DNA of 64,000 nucleotides, taken from positions 544,001 through 608,000 of the forward strand of contig CAVTQK010000021.1 of NCBI GenBank assembly GCA_963736855.1, read 5' to 3'. Source of the DNA: an uncultured delta proteobacterium (GTDB lineage: Bacteria; Desulfobacterota; Desulfobacteria; Desulfobacterales; UBA2156). The notes below the pieces were generated by a model. That model was not told the DNA's origin, searched no databases, and worked only from the letters and a program-made list of their open reading frames with translations. A program made the position numbers and the translations under genes. Positions 9,707 to 20,017 of the stretch are shown piece after piece; position 1 is the stretch's first letter, and every line of letters begins with the position of its first letter.

Positions 9707-10504
9707 TCACGGCACCGCGAAAAACTCCCTCATGCGATCCTTGCTCATTTTGAGATACCGGCGATCCCGTGAAAAAATCTCCAAGGTGATGGTGTCGTCA
9801 TAACCAGCCTTCTTGAGCACCCGGACAATTCTGTTAAAATCGATGGTGCCGACGCCGATGGGAAGATGGTCGTCCGCCTTCCCCTGGTTGTCGCTTGCGT
9901 GGACATGCCCGATCCGGCTCCCGAAAGCCTCGATGAAGGCCAGGATCCGATCCCCCCTTTTGCTTTCGATATGGGCATGGCCGATATCCAAAGTCAGCCT
10001 CAAGGCCGGAAATTTTTCGAATATAGGGAAAAAATCCTTGGGTTCGGTCCATCCCGGATATCTGGAGAACATGTTTTCAATGCACACGTTAAGCCCCAAA
10101 CGTCCGGCTTCCAAAACGATGATCTCCAGGTTTTCCATGGCAATCTTCTTGGATCGATCCATCACCAGAGGACCCATCCCGCTGATAAAGGGAGGATGCA
10201 GGACGACCTTTTGAGGATGCAGCGCTGCAGCGGCATGAAAGGCATCCTGCATCTCGAGTAATGACGCCTCCCGAATGCGCGGAGTCAGGTCTGCCAGATA
10301 AACAAACGTGGGCATGTGGCAGACCAGGCCCAGGCCGCAATCTGCAAGGGCTTGAGCGATCGCTTTTTCCTGTTCCCGGATCTTTTCATGATGGGCTTCC
10401 GGTGGATCCAGGGTCAGCTCCAGGTAGTCGAATCCCAGATCCGCAATGGACCGGATTTCGTCCACCACCGGCAGAATCGGAAAATTCATGGCACCGTAAC
10501 GCAT
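9707..10504 (-). CDS. Sugar phosphate isomerase/epimerase (AP endonuclease 2 TIM barrel)
   Basis: CIENM, LDIGHAH, HVHASDN, DDHLPIG, TLE motifs. Confidence 0.85.
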   Translation of the reverse strand: MRYGAMNFPILPVVDEIRSIADLGFDYLELTLDPPEAHHEKIREQEKAIAQALADCGLGLVCHMPTFVYLADLTPRIREASLLEMQDAFHAAAALHPQKVVLHPPFISGMGPLVMDRSKKIAMENLEIIVLEAGRLGLNVCIENMFSRYPGWTEPKDFFPIFEKFPALRLTLDIGHAHIESKRGDRILAFIEAFGSRIGHVHASDNQGKADDHLPIGVGTIDFNRIVRVLKKAGYDDTITLEIFSRDRRYLKMSKDRMREFFAVP

Positions 10505-10665
10505 TCCTACCTCCTCTTTTATACTCTGATCGCCCTTTCATATCATATTTGAGCAAAACATCATAAGATCTATTGAAAAAAAACCTGTCCCGCTATTTTC
10601 TTCCCTCTGCGTTCCTGGGAAATACAGCCATAGAATTTTGTCTTGATTTTTGTGTAACTATTTGT

Positions 10666-11056
10666 GGCTCATCGGGGTTTTTAATGGGTGTATACAAGAT
10701 GTTGTGGTTTGAGTATTTTGAGTCTTGTGATCCGGGTTACTCAGGAATGCAGCATTGAGGCGACCGCCAGGCTTTGCAATCTTCGCCGGGGTCCGTGCTG
10801 GAACACACTGGAGCGGGCGGTTGGAAGAGGCCGTCGTCGAAAGGTGCATCGGGTGCCCGGTCGTATCGGCCTTGATGAAAAATCGACAGCCCGGGGGCAC
10901 AAGTATGAGTCGTTGGTCTACGAAATGGATGCCGGCACGATCGAGTATGTCTGTGATGACCGAGGGCAAGATAGCCTGGAGGATTATTTTCGGCAGTTTA
11001 GCAAAGATGAGCCGGCTAAGGTCAAGGCGGTTGCCATTGACATGTGGGATCCGTAA
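10666..11056 (+). mobile_element. ISL3-family remnant (left end plus transposase fragment)
   Basis: GGCTCATCGGGGTTTT end-like sequence at 10666; fragment IGLDEK...GHKYESLVY...VKAVAIDMWDP, truncated. Confidence 0.75.
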
Positions 11057-11441
11057 AAAACGGTGAAAGATGAAGCGGTGACTTATGCTCAAATCAGCCA
11101 AAATTTCAACAACATGTCGATGCTATTTCTATTGACAGAGCATTCTCCTTCGGATAATTTTTAACCCATTGGCCGTGACCGCTATATGCGTCCATATCTT
11201 GGGCCCCAGATGATGTCAAAACACAATTCATGCTCGTGCTTAATCCTTCCGCAAAAAAGCGAGTTCTATCATTTATCATTTCATTTCATATTGCCGGAAC
11301 GGTAAGATTATGTGAACCACAAATATTATTCTGTTTGGTTCAGGCTTGGTCGGGTTAGGGTTCATATGACCCAGTAGCCTTAATAGTATTTTAGCTCTTA
11401 TAGGCATTACTTCAAATATATAAAACAGCAGGAAGGTGACG

Positions 11442-13184
11442 ATGGATAAGGCAAGATATCATGATGATTTTTTTGAAAAATGTCCGACGGGCATCAGGGG
11501 TTTCGACGAGATCACAAAGGGTGGGGTCCCGAGGGGCAGGCCCACCCTGATCTGCGGCGGTCCGGGTGCCGGCAAGACACTTTTGGCCATGGAGTTTATC
11601 ATGCGGGGCGCTATGGATTACGGAGAACCCGGGGTCTTCATGACCTTCGAGGAAACACCGGAGGATCTCGCGAAGAACTTCATGTCCCTTGGTTTTGATC
11701 TCCATAAGATGATTTCGCGTGGTCTCATCGCAACGGATCACGTCTACATCGCGCGAAGTGAGATTGAGGAGACGGGTGAGTACGATCTGGAGGGATTGTT
11801 TATCCGCTTGGGAAATGCCATTGATTCCATCGGAGCAAAGCGGGTTGTCTTAGATACCATAGAAGCCCTTTTCTCCGAGCTTCCGAATGCCACTATTCTT
11901 CGGGCAGAGCTTCGTCGGCTTTTTCTCTGGCTGAAAGATCGCGGTGTGACCGCTGTCGTTACTGGGGAAACCGGCGACAAGTCTCTGACACGCTACGGGC
12001 TCGAAGAATATGTCGCCGATTGCGTGATCTTCCTCGACTTCCGCATCGTGAAGCATATTGCGACCCGCCGCCTGCGTATTATCAAGTACCGCGGCTCATC
12101 TCACAGCTCCGACGAGTATCCCTTCCTGATAGGTGAGAGAGGCCTCTCTATCCTGCCGATCACTTCCCTCGGGCTCGACTACCCCGTTTCCACGGAGCGG
12201 ATCTCCACAGGAGTTCCCAAGTTGGATGCCATGCTTGGTGGGAAGGGATTTTTCCGGGGCAGCACCATCCTCGTCTCCGGTACGGCGGGCACAGGAAAAA
12301 CAAGTTTATCGACTACCTTTGCCGACGCCGCCTGCCGGCGAGGGGAGCGCTGCCTGTATTTTGCCTTCGAAGAATCGCCCAGACAGATCATCCGGAACAT
12401 GGGCTCCATCGGCATGGATCTCAAGCGGTGGGTGAAGAAGGGGGTTCTCAAGTTCCATTCAGCCCGGCCTTCGCTTTACGGTCTTGAGACGCATCTTGTC
12501 ACCTTCCACAAGGCGATCGAGGAGTTCACGCCCCAGGTTTTCATTGTAGACCCGATCAGCAACCTGATCAACGTGGGAACCACATCAGAGGTCAAATCCA
12601 TATTAACGCGCCTTATCGATTATTTGAAGATGCAAAAGATCTCCACGTTTCTTACGGACCTCACCCATTTCGGAAGCAGCCTTGAACGCACAAGTGAAGA
12701 GATATCTTCTCTGATCGATACGTGGCTTCTCCTTCGGGATATCGAACTCAATGGGGAACGAAACCGGGGCCTCTACATTTTGAAATCCCGCGGCATGCCC
12801 CACTCCAACCAGATTCAAGAGTTCCTGCTCTCGAACCAGGGCATTGACCTTATTGATATCTATACCGGTTCCGGCGAGGTATTAACCGGCAGTGCCCGGG
12901 CAGCCCAGGAAGGCAAGGAAAAGGCCTTTGAGCTGGCACGCCAACATGAGGTGGATCGCAAGTTCCGCGAGCAGGAGCGCAAGAGGAAGGCCCTGGAAAC
13001 AAAGATCGCAGCCCTCCGCGCCGAGTTTGATGCGGAATCTGAAGAACTGCATTTGATGGGGGAAGAAGAGCGGAAAAGGCAATCTGCCCTGGCGGATAAC
13101 CGTTTGGAGATGGCGCATCTTCGCAAGGGGGAACCTTCAGCAGCCCGACGAAGCGCTCGAAAAAGAAGAGGGAAAGGAGATTAG
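11442..13184 (+). CDS. kaiC: Circadian clock protein KaiC (KaiC2-like, C-terminal coiled coil)
   Basis: Two RecA-like domains ([16 protein letters not shown]), FEE motifs, KYRGS and [12 protein letters not shown] phosphosite region. Confidence 0.93.
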   Translation: MDKARYHDDFFEKCPTGIRGFDEITKGGVPRGRPTLICGGPGAGKTLLAMEFIMRGAMDYGEPGVFMTFEETPEDLAKNFMSLGFDLHKMISRGLIATDHVYIARSEIEETGEYDLEGLFIRLGNAIDSIGAKRVVLDTIEALFSELPNATILRAELRRLFLWLKDRGVTAVVTGETGDKSLTRYGLEEYVADCVIFLDFRIVKHIATRRLRIIKYRGSSHSSDEYPFLIGERGLSILPITSLGLDYPVSTERISTGVPKLDAMLGGKGFFRGSTILVSGTAGTGKTSLSTTFADAACRRGERCLYFAFEESPRQIIRNMGSIGMDLKRWVKKGVLKFHSARPSLYGLETHLVTFHKAIEEFTPQVFIVDPISNLINVGTTSEVKSILTRLIDYLKMQKISTFLTDLTHFGSSLERTSEEISSLIDTWLLLRDIELNGERNRGLYILKSRGMPHSNQIQEFLLSNQGIDLIDIYTGSGEVLTGSARAAQEGKEKAFELARQHEVDRKFREQERKRKALETKIAALRAEFDAESEELHLMGEEERKRQSALADNRLEMAHLRKGEPSAARRSARKRRGKGD

Positions 13185-13185
13185 G

Positions 13186-13518
13186 ATGAAAGCTGTCTCG
13201 CCAGGGAAGGGGAAGAAAGCAAAGACCGATTCGATAGAAGAAATCTGGAATCTCCGGTTATATGTAGCCGGTCAGACCCAGAAATCGATTACGGCCTTTG
13301 CTAATCTAAAGAAGATCTGCGAAGAGCACCTTGCGGGGAAATACCGCATTGAAGTGATAGACCTTATAGAGAAACCCCAGCTTGCCAAAGGGGATCAGAT
13401 TATTGCCATACCGACACTGGTCAGAAAACTTCCTGAACCGCTTAAAAAGATTATCGGAGATCTGGCCAACACAGAACGCGTCCTGGTGGGACTCGACATT
13501 CGTTCCAGCTCCGGATGA
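13186..13518 (+). CDS. kaiB: KaiB family protein
   Basis: [38 protein letters not shown]. Confidence 0.92.
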   Translation: MKAVSPGKGKKAKTDSIEEIWNLRLYVAGQTQKSITAFANLKKICEEHLAGKYRIEVIDLIEKPQLAKGDQIIAIPTLVRKLPEPLKKIIGDLANTERVLVGLDIRSSSG

Positions 13519-13523
13519 TAAAT

Positions 13524-13747
13524 CAGAAGTCAGGAGTCAGAATTAAGGAGTTAGGATGAGGACGGCAGACAAACTCCGCTTTTACAACGTCTCACAAGGT
13601 TCCATTGAAGAATCTCGATACTATTTGATTCTCACCAAGGATCTTGAGTACGGCGATGTTTCCGAGTTAGGCCAGTTGCTTGAAGAGGTCAGCAAGCTGT
13701 TGGAGGCCTATTCGCAGGTTGTTCTGAATTCTGACTCCTGAATTCTG
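13524..13747. repeat. 21-bp inverted repeats flanking the four-helix-bundle fragment
   Basis: CAGAAGTCAGGAGTCAGAATT (13524-13544) and AATTCTGACTCCTGAATTCTG (13727-13747), one mismatch. Confidence 0.75.
13556..13741 (+). pseudogene. Four-helix-bundle (23S rRNA IVP/Avd-like) protein, C-terminal half only
   Basis: DKLRFYNVSQGSIEESRYYLILTKDLEYG matches the family C-terminal half; N-terminal half absent. Confidence 0.7.
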
Positions 13748-13779
13748 TCTACCGAGTAGTAACTTTTGGAGTAACAGAG

Positions 13780-14124
13780 ATGGCGCTGAAGAGAGGGAAA
13801 ACGCGTACTGAGGAACTCGAAAAGGCCACAGCGAGGCGCGACAGGGAAAAGTATGTTCTTCGCCTGTATGTTACAGGGTTGACCCCAAGATCAACCCTGG
13901 CAATCGCCAATGTCCGGAAAATCTGTAAAAAATACCTGGCGGGCCGTTACGAACTCGAGGTAATAGACCTCTACCAACAGCCCAAGCTGGCCAAGGGAGA
14001 GCAGATTATTGCCGCCCCAACGCTCATCAAGACACTCCCTCTGCCACTCCGGAGGCTCATCGGCGACATGTCGGATACGGAAAAGTTTCTTATAGGCCTT
14101 GATCTGAAACCCAAGAAATCCTGA
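13780..14124 (+). CDS. kaiB: Second KaiB family protein
   Basis: YVLRLYVTGLTPRS, EVIDLYQQPKLAKGEQIIAAPTL, LIGDMS. Confidence 0.9.
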   Translation: MALKRGKTRTEELEKATARRDREKYVLRLYVTGLTPRSTLAIANVRKICKKYLAGRYELEVIDLYQQPKLAKGEQIIAAPTLIKTLPLPLRRLIGDMSDTEKFLIGLDLKPKKS

Positions 14125-14134
14125 GTACGAATCT

Positions 14135-16111
14135 ATGAACAAATCGTATAGAACACGCCGACAACTTTTGGATGAGTTGCAGGAACTCACATCGCGGATG
14201 ATGGAAGCTGAGGAAACTCTACGAGCTATCCAAAGCGGTGAGGTGGACGGCCTCATTGTCTCAACGACGGAAGGAGATCGCGTCTTTACGCTATCGGGTG
14301 CCGATCATCCTTACAGGGTCATGGTCGAAACAATGAACGAAGGAGCCGTCACCCTTGCCTCCGACGGCACGATCCTTTACAGTAACCAACGTTTTGCCGA
14401 TATCGTCAAAGTGTCTCTGGAAAAAGCAATAGGAACTTCAATCTACCAATATATTTCATCAACAGACCTTCAATTATTTGAGGAATTGGTTAAGCGGGGT
14501 TTAAATGGGAACCGTGAGGGGGAACTGGCCTTACAGGCTGGAGGTGAAAACTCTGTGCCTGTCTTACTTTCCGTAAGTCCCCTTCAACTCACGGACATGC
14601 CCGATGCGGTGTGTGCCATAATAGTGGACATGACCGAGCGCAAGAAGATGGAGGAGGCGCTAAAGAATTCTGAAACTCGCTACCGCCGTCTCTTTGAAGC
14701 AGCTCGAGATGGAATATTAATTCTCGATGCCGAGACAGGACAAATAGTGGATGTTAACCCATTCGTGTTAGAAATATTGGGTTATTCACATGAGGAGCTC
14801 TTAGGGAAGAAACTCTGGGAAATTGGCACCTTTAGAGATATTGAAGAATCGAAAGCCACCTCTGCGGAATTAAAGAGCAAAGGATATGTTCGCTACGATG
14901 ATTTACCGCTGGTGACGAAAGACGGGCGTAAAATTGCCGTGGAATTTGTCAGTAATGTCTATCTGGTCAACCATTACAAAGTGATTCAGTGTAACATCCG
15001 CGACACCACTGAACGGAAACTTACAGGAGAGGCTTTAAAAAAATCTCACAACGAACTGGAACGACAAGCTGTCGAACTTCGGACGGCTCTTTCTGAAATC
15101 AAAACATTGAAAGACCGACTCGAGGCCGAGAATATTTACTTCCGTCACGAACGCAAACTGAAATATCAATTTGAGAATATTATCGGGCAAAGTGATGGTC
15201 TTAAGTATGTTCTCTATCGAGCGGAACAAGTTGCTCCTATGGACACAACAGTCCTCATCCTTGGGGAAACCGGCACGGGAAAAGAGTTGATTGCTGCCGC
15301 CATTCATGGCATGAGTCCGCGTACGAAACGGCCCATGATTATGGTCAACTGTGCTGCCTTGCCTGGCAATTTAATAGAGAGCGAATTGTTCGGCCGGGAG
15401 AAGGGGGCATTTACCGGGGCCGATACCCGGCAGATAGGCCGATTCGAGGTCGCCAATGGTTCCACCCTTTGCTTAGACGAGATCGGGGAGCTGCCGCTGG
15501 AGTTGCAGGCAAAGCTGCTCCGGGTGATTCAGCATGGCGAGTTTGAACGTCTGGGCTCGTCCCATACCATCAAAGTCGATGTGCGAATCGTGGCAACGAC
15601 CAATCGAGACCTTGATGAAGAGGTCCGCAATGGCCGGTTTCGGCAGGACCTTTACTATCGGCTCAACGTCTTTCCCATCACTGTACCACCACTACGGCAG
15701 CGGAAAGAAGACATCCCGTTGTTGGTCAAGACCTTCATAGAGCGATACTCCAGGAAATTGGGGAAACAGATCACATCAATTCAGAAGGAGACGATGAAGG
15801 CTCTGCAGGATTATCCGTGGCCCGGAAACGTCCGGGAGCTGGAAAGCATCATTGAACGGGGCGTGATCTTGTGCCCGGGGCCGGTTTTGCACCTGGCAGA
15901 TAAACTGGAGATTTCATCCCTTCCACTCTCATCCGCCGTGAGAACCCTGGAAGAGATGGAGCGAAACCAGATCCTTAAGATCCTTTCGGAAACCCGATGG
16001 CGCATCGAGGGAAAGAACGGGGCCGCAGCGATTTTGGGCCTCCACCCGAGTACCTTGAGAGCGAGGATGCATAAGCTCGGGATACTTCGGCCGGAAACCA
16101 AGGGGTCGTAA
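14135..16111 (+). CDS. PAS-PAS sigma54-dependent transcriptional activator (bEBP), no receiver domain
   Basis: Two PAS domains, GETGTGKE, ESELFG, GAFTGA, LDEIGE, WPGNVREL, Fis-type HTH. Confidence 0.92.
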   Translation: MNKSYRTRRQLLDELQELTSRMMEAEETLRAIQSGEVDGLIVSTTEGDRVFTLSGADHPYRVMVETMNEGAVTLASDGTILYSNQRFADIVKVSLEKAIGTSIYQYISSTDLQLFEELVKRGLNGNREGELALQAGGENSVPVLLSVSPLQLTDMPDAVCAIIVDMTERKKMEEALKNSETRYRRLFEAARDGILILDAETGQIVDVNPFVLEILGYSHEELLGKKLWEIGTFRDIEESKATSAELKSKGYVRYDDLPLVTKDGRKIAVEFVSNVYLVNHYKVIQCNIRDTTERKLTGEALKKSHNELERQAVELRTALSEIKTLKDRLEAENIYFRHERKLKYQFENIIGQSDGLKYVLYRAEQVAPMDTTVLILGETGTGKELIAAAIHGMSPRTKRPMIMVNCAALPGNLIESELFGREKGAFTGADTRQIGRFEVANGSTLCLDEIGELPLELQAKLLRVIQHGEFERLGSSHTIKVDVRIVATTNRDLDEEVRNGRFRQDLYYRLNVFPITVPPLRQRKEDIPLLVKTFIERYSRKLGKQITSIQKETMKALQDYPWPGNVRELESIIERGVILCPGPVLHLADKLEISSLPLSSAVRTLEEMERNQILKILSETRWRIEGKNGAAAILGLHPSTLRARMHKLGILRPETKGS

Positions 16112-16139
16112 TAGAAAGTTAGATTCTCCGCCGCGGTTC

Positions 16140-16287
16140 CCTCCATATCTGGAGGTTCCACCAAATATTGAGGTCAATCAAATCATTTCACCTTTATCTA
16201 CGCTTCTCCCTTATTCATCTAACCCAGCGTTATGAAAAGATAATCCCAAACTCTTGATTTTTTCACAATGTTGGCAGGTCACTTGCA
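16140..16287 (+). promoter_or_regulatory. Module A: tandem 16-bp palindromes, IHF-like site, sigma54 promoter
   Basis: CCTCCATATCTGGAGG (16140) and CCACCAAATATTGAGG (16158); IHF consensus AATCAAGAGTTTG on the minus strand at 16247-16259; TGGCAGGTCACTTGCA with GG at 16273 and GC at 16285. Confidence 0.8.
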
Positions 16288-16299
16288 ATTACGATCTGC

Positions 16300-16626
16300 A
16301 TGATTCTGGCCATCATACGAATGAAGGTTCTTGCTGAGAAGCGCAAGGAGCTTTCCCAGACGATCGCATTACTGATCGGCTCCCTAAGGACAGAGAAGGG
16401 ATGTCGGCGCTGCGACTTTTACCGGAGTTTGGAGGATAAAAACGAACTCTGTATTCTTGAAGAATGGGATACCCGGGAGAACCTAGATAGCCACCTGAGG
16501 TCGGAGCGTTTTAAGGTCCTTCGGGGGGCGATGAATCTTCTCCAAGAGCCCTACGAAATGATGTTCCACACCGTAGCATCGGGAAAAAAGAAAACGGAAG
16601 CGCGGTCCCAGCCAGCAGTTGAATGA
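16300..16626 (+). CDS. Antibiotic biosynthesis monooxygenase (ABM) family / putative quinol monooxygenase
   Basis: RTEKGC, ILEEWDTRENLDSHLRSERF pattern. Confidence 0.8.
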   Translation: MILAIIRMKVLAEKRKELSQTIALLIGSLRTEKGCRRCDFYRSLEDKNELCILEEWDTRENLDSHLRSERFKVLRGAMNLLQEPYEMMFHTVASGKKKTEARSQPAVE

Positions 16627-16685
16627 CCGGGATGACTGGGGCCAACGTACCATCTCTCAAACCAAATTCCGAAAGGAGGAATACC

Positions 16686-16865
16686 ATGAAATCAAGCAGA
16701 AGGGATGAGACAGAAGGCAAGTTGCACCAAGTGAAAGGTAAGATCAAGGAGATCGCCGGGAGAGTAAGCATGAATCCCGGCTTGGAAGCCGAAGGCAAAG
16801 AGGAAAACAGAACGGGCAAAGTTCAAGAAAAGATCGGCCAGGTCAAGAAGCTCGTTGGGAAGTAA
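16686..16865 (+). CDS. CsbD family general stress protein
   Basis: EGKLHQVKGKIKEIAG...LEAEG...GKVQEKIG; AGGAGG RBS. Confidence 0.85.
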   Translation: MKSSRRDETEGKLHQVKGKIKEIAGRVSMNPGLEAEGKEENRTGKVQEKIGQVKKLVGK

Positions 16866-16961
16866 TAGATGACGCATCCCTCGTGGGCGGCATCGTGTTG
16901 CTGGTCGCGGGAAAGAAGAAGAGCTGGTGAAAGGCAAAACGTTTCAATCACGGAGGTTCTT

Positions 16962-17252
16962 ATGAAAGACAAACGAAAAGCGTACGAAGAAAAGCTCGAT
17001 GCACAGTTGAAGGAATGGAACGCGCAGATCGCTCTGCTCAAGGCCAAGGCGGAGAACGCCAAGGCCGACGCGAAGATCGATCACTACAAAACCATCGACG
17101 CATTGGAGCACAAACAGGATGAGGCCAAGACGAAGCTGCAGGAGTTGAAGATCGCCGGCGATGAGGCATGGGAAGCCGTCAAAGGAGGCGCGGAAAAAGT
17201 CTGGGCTGAAGTCAAAACCGCCTATCACGATGCGGCCTCAAAATTCAAATAA
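16962..17252 (+). CDS. Small coiled-coil stress-associated protein
   Basis: MKDKRKAYEEKLDAQLKEW...AWEAVKGGAEKVW; GGAGG RBS. Confidence 0.7.
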   Translation: MKDKRKAYEEKLDAQLKEWNAQIALLKAKAENAKADAKIDHYKTIDALEHKQDEAKTKLQELKIAGDEAWEAVKGGAEKVWAEVKTAYHDAASKFK

Positions 17253-17559
17253 GGCAGAAACGCTGAACGTATCCGTCTGGCGGCAGGCTGCTTTCTGTTC
17301 AACTGAACGGACATGGGTTGGTAACATCAGTGTCCACAAAAGAAGGTGCGGCATGGAGCAGGGCGAGAAAGAGAAGAAGGATCCGACGCATACAAGCCTA
17401 GGACAAGGAAGAAGCGGGATTGCAACGGTGGTCTTCTGAAAAAATGGATGGTTTAACAAGATTGATGGACCCAACTTGGAAAGATTGAGACAAAGCGGAT
17501 ATTTGGACAAAAGGTCTTATTAGGCATTTAACCACTCACAAAAGAAAGAGAGGCAACTT

Positions 17560-18090
17560 ATGCGTTTTAACAAGATTTTCCTATTGCTACCCTTGAGTCT
17601 GATCGTTGGTCTTTTGGGTTGCACGAAAGAGCAAAAGTCGGAAGCTCCCAAACAGGAGCAGGTTACAAAAAAACTGGTTCCCCCGAAGCTCGAGGTTAAG
17701 GGCGAGAATTTTCTTTTGGAACTCAGCGAACTTCAAGTCGCTATGATGATGGACAATGTTTCAAAGGAAATCACCGAGACGCCGAGTCTTAAAGGCCGCA
17801 TCAAAATAACCAATCAATCCAATGATAATTTGGAAATCCAAGGGATCACCTTGGAATACCTGGATCAAGCGGGTAAGCCCATCCCCTTTGCTTCCGGAGA
17901 GAAAATATCGAAGGCGACCATATGGTTGCAGGCGATCAAGCCCGGAGAAACAAGCGAGGGTTCCATCGATGCCACCATTCCCAGGACGGCGGTCAAGGAA
18001 AAGGCCCTGGGAAAAATTGAAGTCAACCTGGTTTACATCCCAACGCTGCTTAAACGAGAGAGGTTGTCATTTGCTCAAAAGGTTGAATAG
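17560..18090 (+). CDS. Hypothetical lipoprotein
   Basis: Signal peptide with LLGC lipobox; GAGG RBS. Confidence 0.7.
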   Translation: MRFNKIFLLLPLSLIVGLLGCTKEQKSEAPKQEQVTKKLVPPKLEVKGENFLLELSELQVAMMMDNVSKEITETPSLKGRIKITNQSNDNLEIQGITLEYLDQAGKPIPFASGEKISKATIWLQAIKPGETSEGSIDATIPRTAVKEKALGKIEVNLVYIPTLLKRERLSFAQKVE

Positions 18091-18183
18091 CCGTACGGAC
18101 TCATGGAATAGGCATGCGCTCGATGACCCCTCTTGTACCGCCTGGGCGGGACGGGGTCAGCGAGCCAATCAAAAAGGGAAAAA

Positions 18184-19719
18184 ATGAAAGCGCTTCTGAT
18201 ATACCCTCCATACCCGGATACCTTCTGGAGTTTCAAATATGCCCTATCCTTCATATCCAAAAGGGCCGTTCATCCTCCGCTCGGCTTACTCACGGTTGCC
18301 GCGATGCTTCCTGAAGAATGGGAAAAAAGACTCGTGGACATGAATGTGGCCAACTTGAAAGACCGGGATCTTCAGTGGGCCGATTATGTCTTTATCAGTG
18401 CCATGGCGGTCCAAAAGAAATCGGCGAAGGAACTTATTTTCCGGTGTAAGGAATGGGGCCTGAAAGTCGTGGCGGGCGGCCCGCTCTTTACCGCCGCTCC
18501 CGAAGATTTTCCGGAAGTGGACCACCTGGTGCTCAATGAAGCCGAGACTACCCTCCCGGAATTTTTAGAAGATCTGGCCGGAGGTCAGGCCGAACATCTA
18601 TATACGTCCACATCATTTCCGGATCTGGAAAAGACCCCTATTCCCCTCTGGGGACTTTTGGAAATGAAGCGGTATGTCTCCATGAATATGCAATATTCCA
18701 GAGGTTGCCCCTTTCATTGCGAATTTTGTGATATTACGACCCTCTTCGGCCATCGAAGTCGGGCCAAAAAAGTCGGCCAGATACGGAAAGAATTGGAAAC
18801 CCTCTATTCCCTGGGCTGGCGGGGCGGGGTCTTTTTTGTGGATGATAATTTCATAGGCAACAAAAAGAAACTCAAAGAGAATATCCTGCCGGAAATGATC
18901 GACTGGATGAAGAAAACGAAATACCCCTTTAACTTCTCAACCGAAGCGTCCATAAATCTCGCCGACGATGAAGAACTGATGAAGCTGATGATCCAGGCTG
19001 GTTTTAAGTCCGTTTTTGTGGGCATTGAAACCCCGGACGACAGGGCGCTGAAGGAATGCCACAAATTCCAGAACACCAATCGTGATCTCATGGACAGCGT
19101 GGAAAGAATTCAGAAGTTCGGGTTGCGGATGCGGGGAGGCTTCATCGTAGGATTTGATAGCGATTCCCCTGCCATATTTGAAAAGCAGATCGAATTCATT
19201 CAAAAAAGCAAAATTGTCACAGCCATGGTAGGGATGCTGAATGCCCCCCGCGGCAGCCGGCTCTTTGAACGCCTCCAAAAAGAAGGACGACTCTTGAAGG
19301 AAGCCACCGGCGACAATACGGATTTCTCGACCAATATCATCCCCAAAATGGGCTATGAAAAGCTGACTGAGGGATACCGGTACATAGTCAACGGAATCTA
19401 TTCTCCCAGGCTGTATTACGAGCGGGTGAAGGGATTTCTAAGGCAATACAAGCCCCTGGAAAAGAGAAAATGGCACTTCCATTTCAGGTACCTCCGTTGG
19501 TATTTTCCCTATCTCGGCGCCCCTTTCAAAGCACTGATGATATTAGGCATAAAAGATAAGGCCCGGATCTATTACTGGAAACTTTTCTTCTGGTCTTTAT
19601 TCAGACGGCCATTGCTCCTGCCTTTGGCTATAACGTATTCGATTTATGGATTCCATTTCAGAAAAGTATTCAAATTAAACTTCGATACCAACCTGGTACA
19701 TCAGGAAAAAACGATCTGA
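18184..19719 (+). CDS. B12-binding radical SAM protein (DUF4070-type)
   Basis: PPLGLLTVAA, SRGCPFHCEFC, VDDNF, GIET. Confidence 0.85.
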   Translation: MKALLIYPPYPDTFWSFKYALSFISKRAVHPPLGLLTVAAMLPEEWEKRLVDMNVANLKDRDLQWADYVFISAMAVQKKSAKELIFRCKEWGLKVVAGGPLFTAAPEDFPEVDHLVLNEAETTLPEFLEDLAGGQAEHLYTSTSFPDLEKTPIPLWGLLEMKRYVSMNMQYSRGCPFHCEFCDITTLFGHRSRAKKVGQIRKELETLYSLGWRGGVFFVDDNFIGNKKKLKENILPEMIDWMKKTKYPFNFSTEASINLADDEELMKLMIQAGFKSVFVGIETPDDRALKECHKFQNTNRDLMDSVERIQKFGLRMRGGFIVGFDSDSPAIFEKQIEFIQKSKIVTAMVGMLNAPRGSRLFERLQKEGRLLKEATGDNTDFSTNIIPKMGYEKLTEGYRYIVNGIYSPRLYYERVKGFLRQYKPLEKRKWHFHFRYLRWYFPYLGAPFKALMILGIKDKARIYYWKLFFWSLFRRPLLLPLAITYSIYGFHFRKVFKLNFDTNLVHQEKTI

Positions 19720-19738
19720 TCGCTGAACAGGAGACAGT

Positions 19739-20017
19739 ATGTCGACGACCTTTAAATCCAATAGTATAGAACAATTAATGGCTGAGGCCGATGAACTGAT
19801 CGAAAAAATTACTTCTGATTATTTAGAGGACCTGAAAGAGGAGCATCGTCTCCAGTTTGAAAAGCATACTCAGGCATTACAGGAAATCAAGTCTGCGTTT
19901 CAAGCCCGGACCGGGAAGAGAGAACCTTTGGAAGAAGGTTCCTTCGCCGAGGGAATGCACCAGGCAGTCATGGATATCGTGAAGGCCATGAAGGACATGG
20001 TCGGATATTTTGCCTGA
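19739..20017 (+). CDS. Hypothetical helical protein
   Basis: 92-aa ORF with AGGAG RBS, co-oriented with neighbours. Confidence 0.6.
   Translation: MSTTFKSNSIEQLMAEADELIEKITSDYLEDLKEEHRLQFEKHTQALQEIKSAFQARTGKREPLEEGSFAEGMHQAVMDIVKAMKDMVGYFA

Larger units (their letters stand above)
16085..16865 (+). repeat. 781-bp direct repeat, copy 1 (copy 2 at 28664-29444)
   Basis: Near-identical promoter module, ABM gene and csbD gene; constant offset of 12579. Confidence 0.9.

Noticed and set aside
11317..11332. CCACAAATAT upstream of kaiC as an autoregulatory site
   Set aside because: Only a half-site, with no correctly spaced sigma54 promoter downstream.
13556..13741. Avd-like gene as a sign of a diversity-generating retroelement
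   Set aside because: No reverse transcriptase and no template/variable repeat pair with adenine-specific mismatches in the window.
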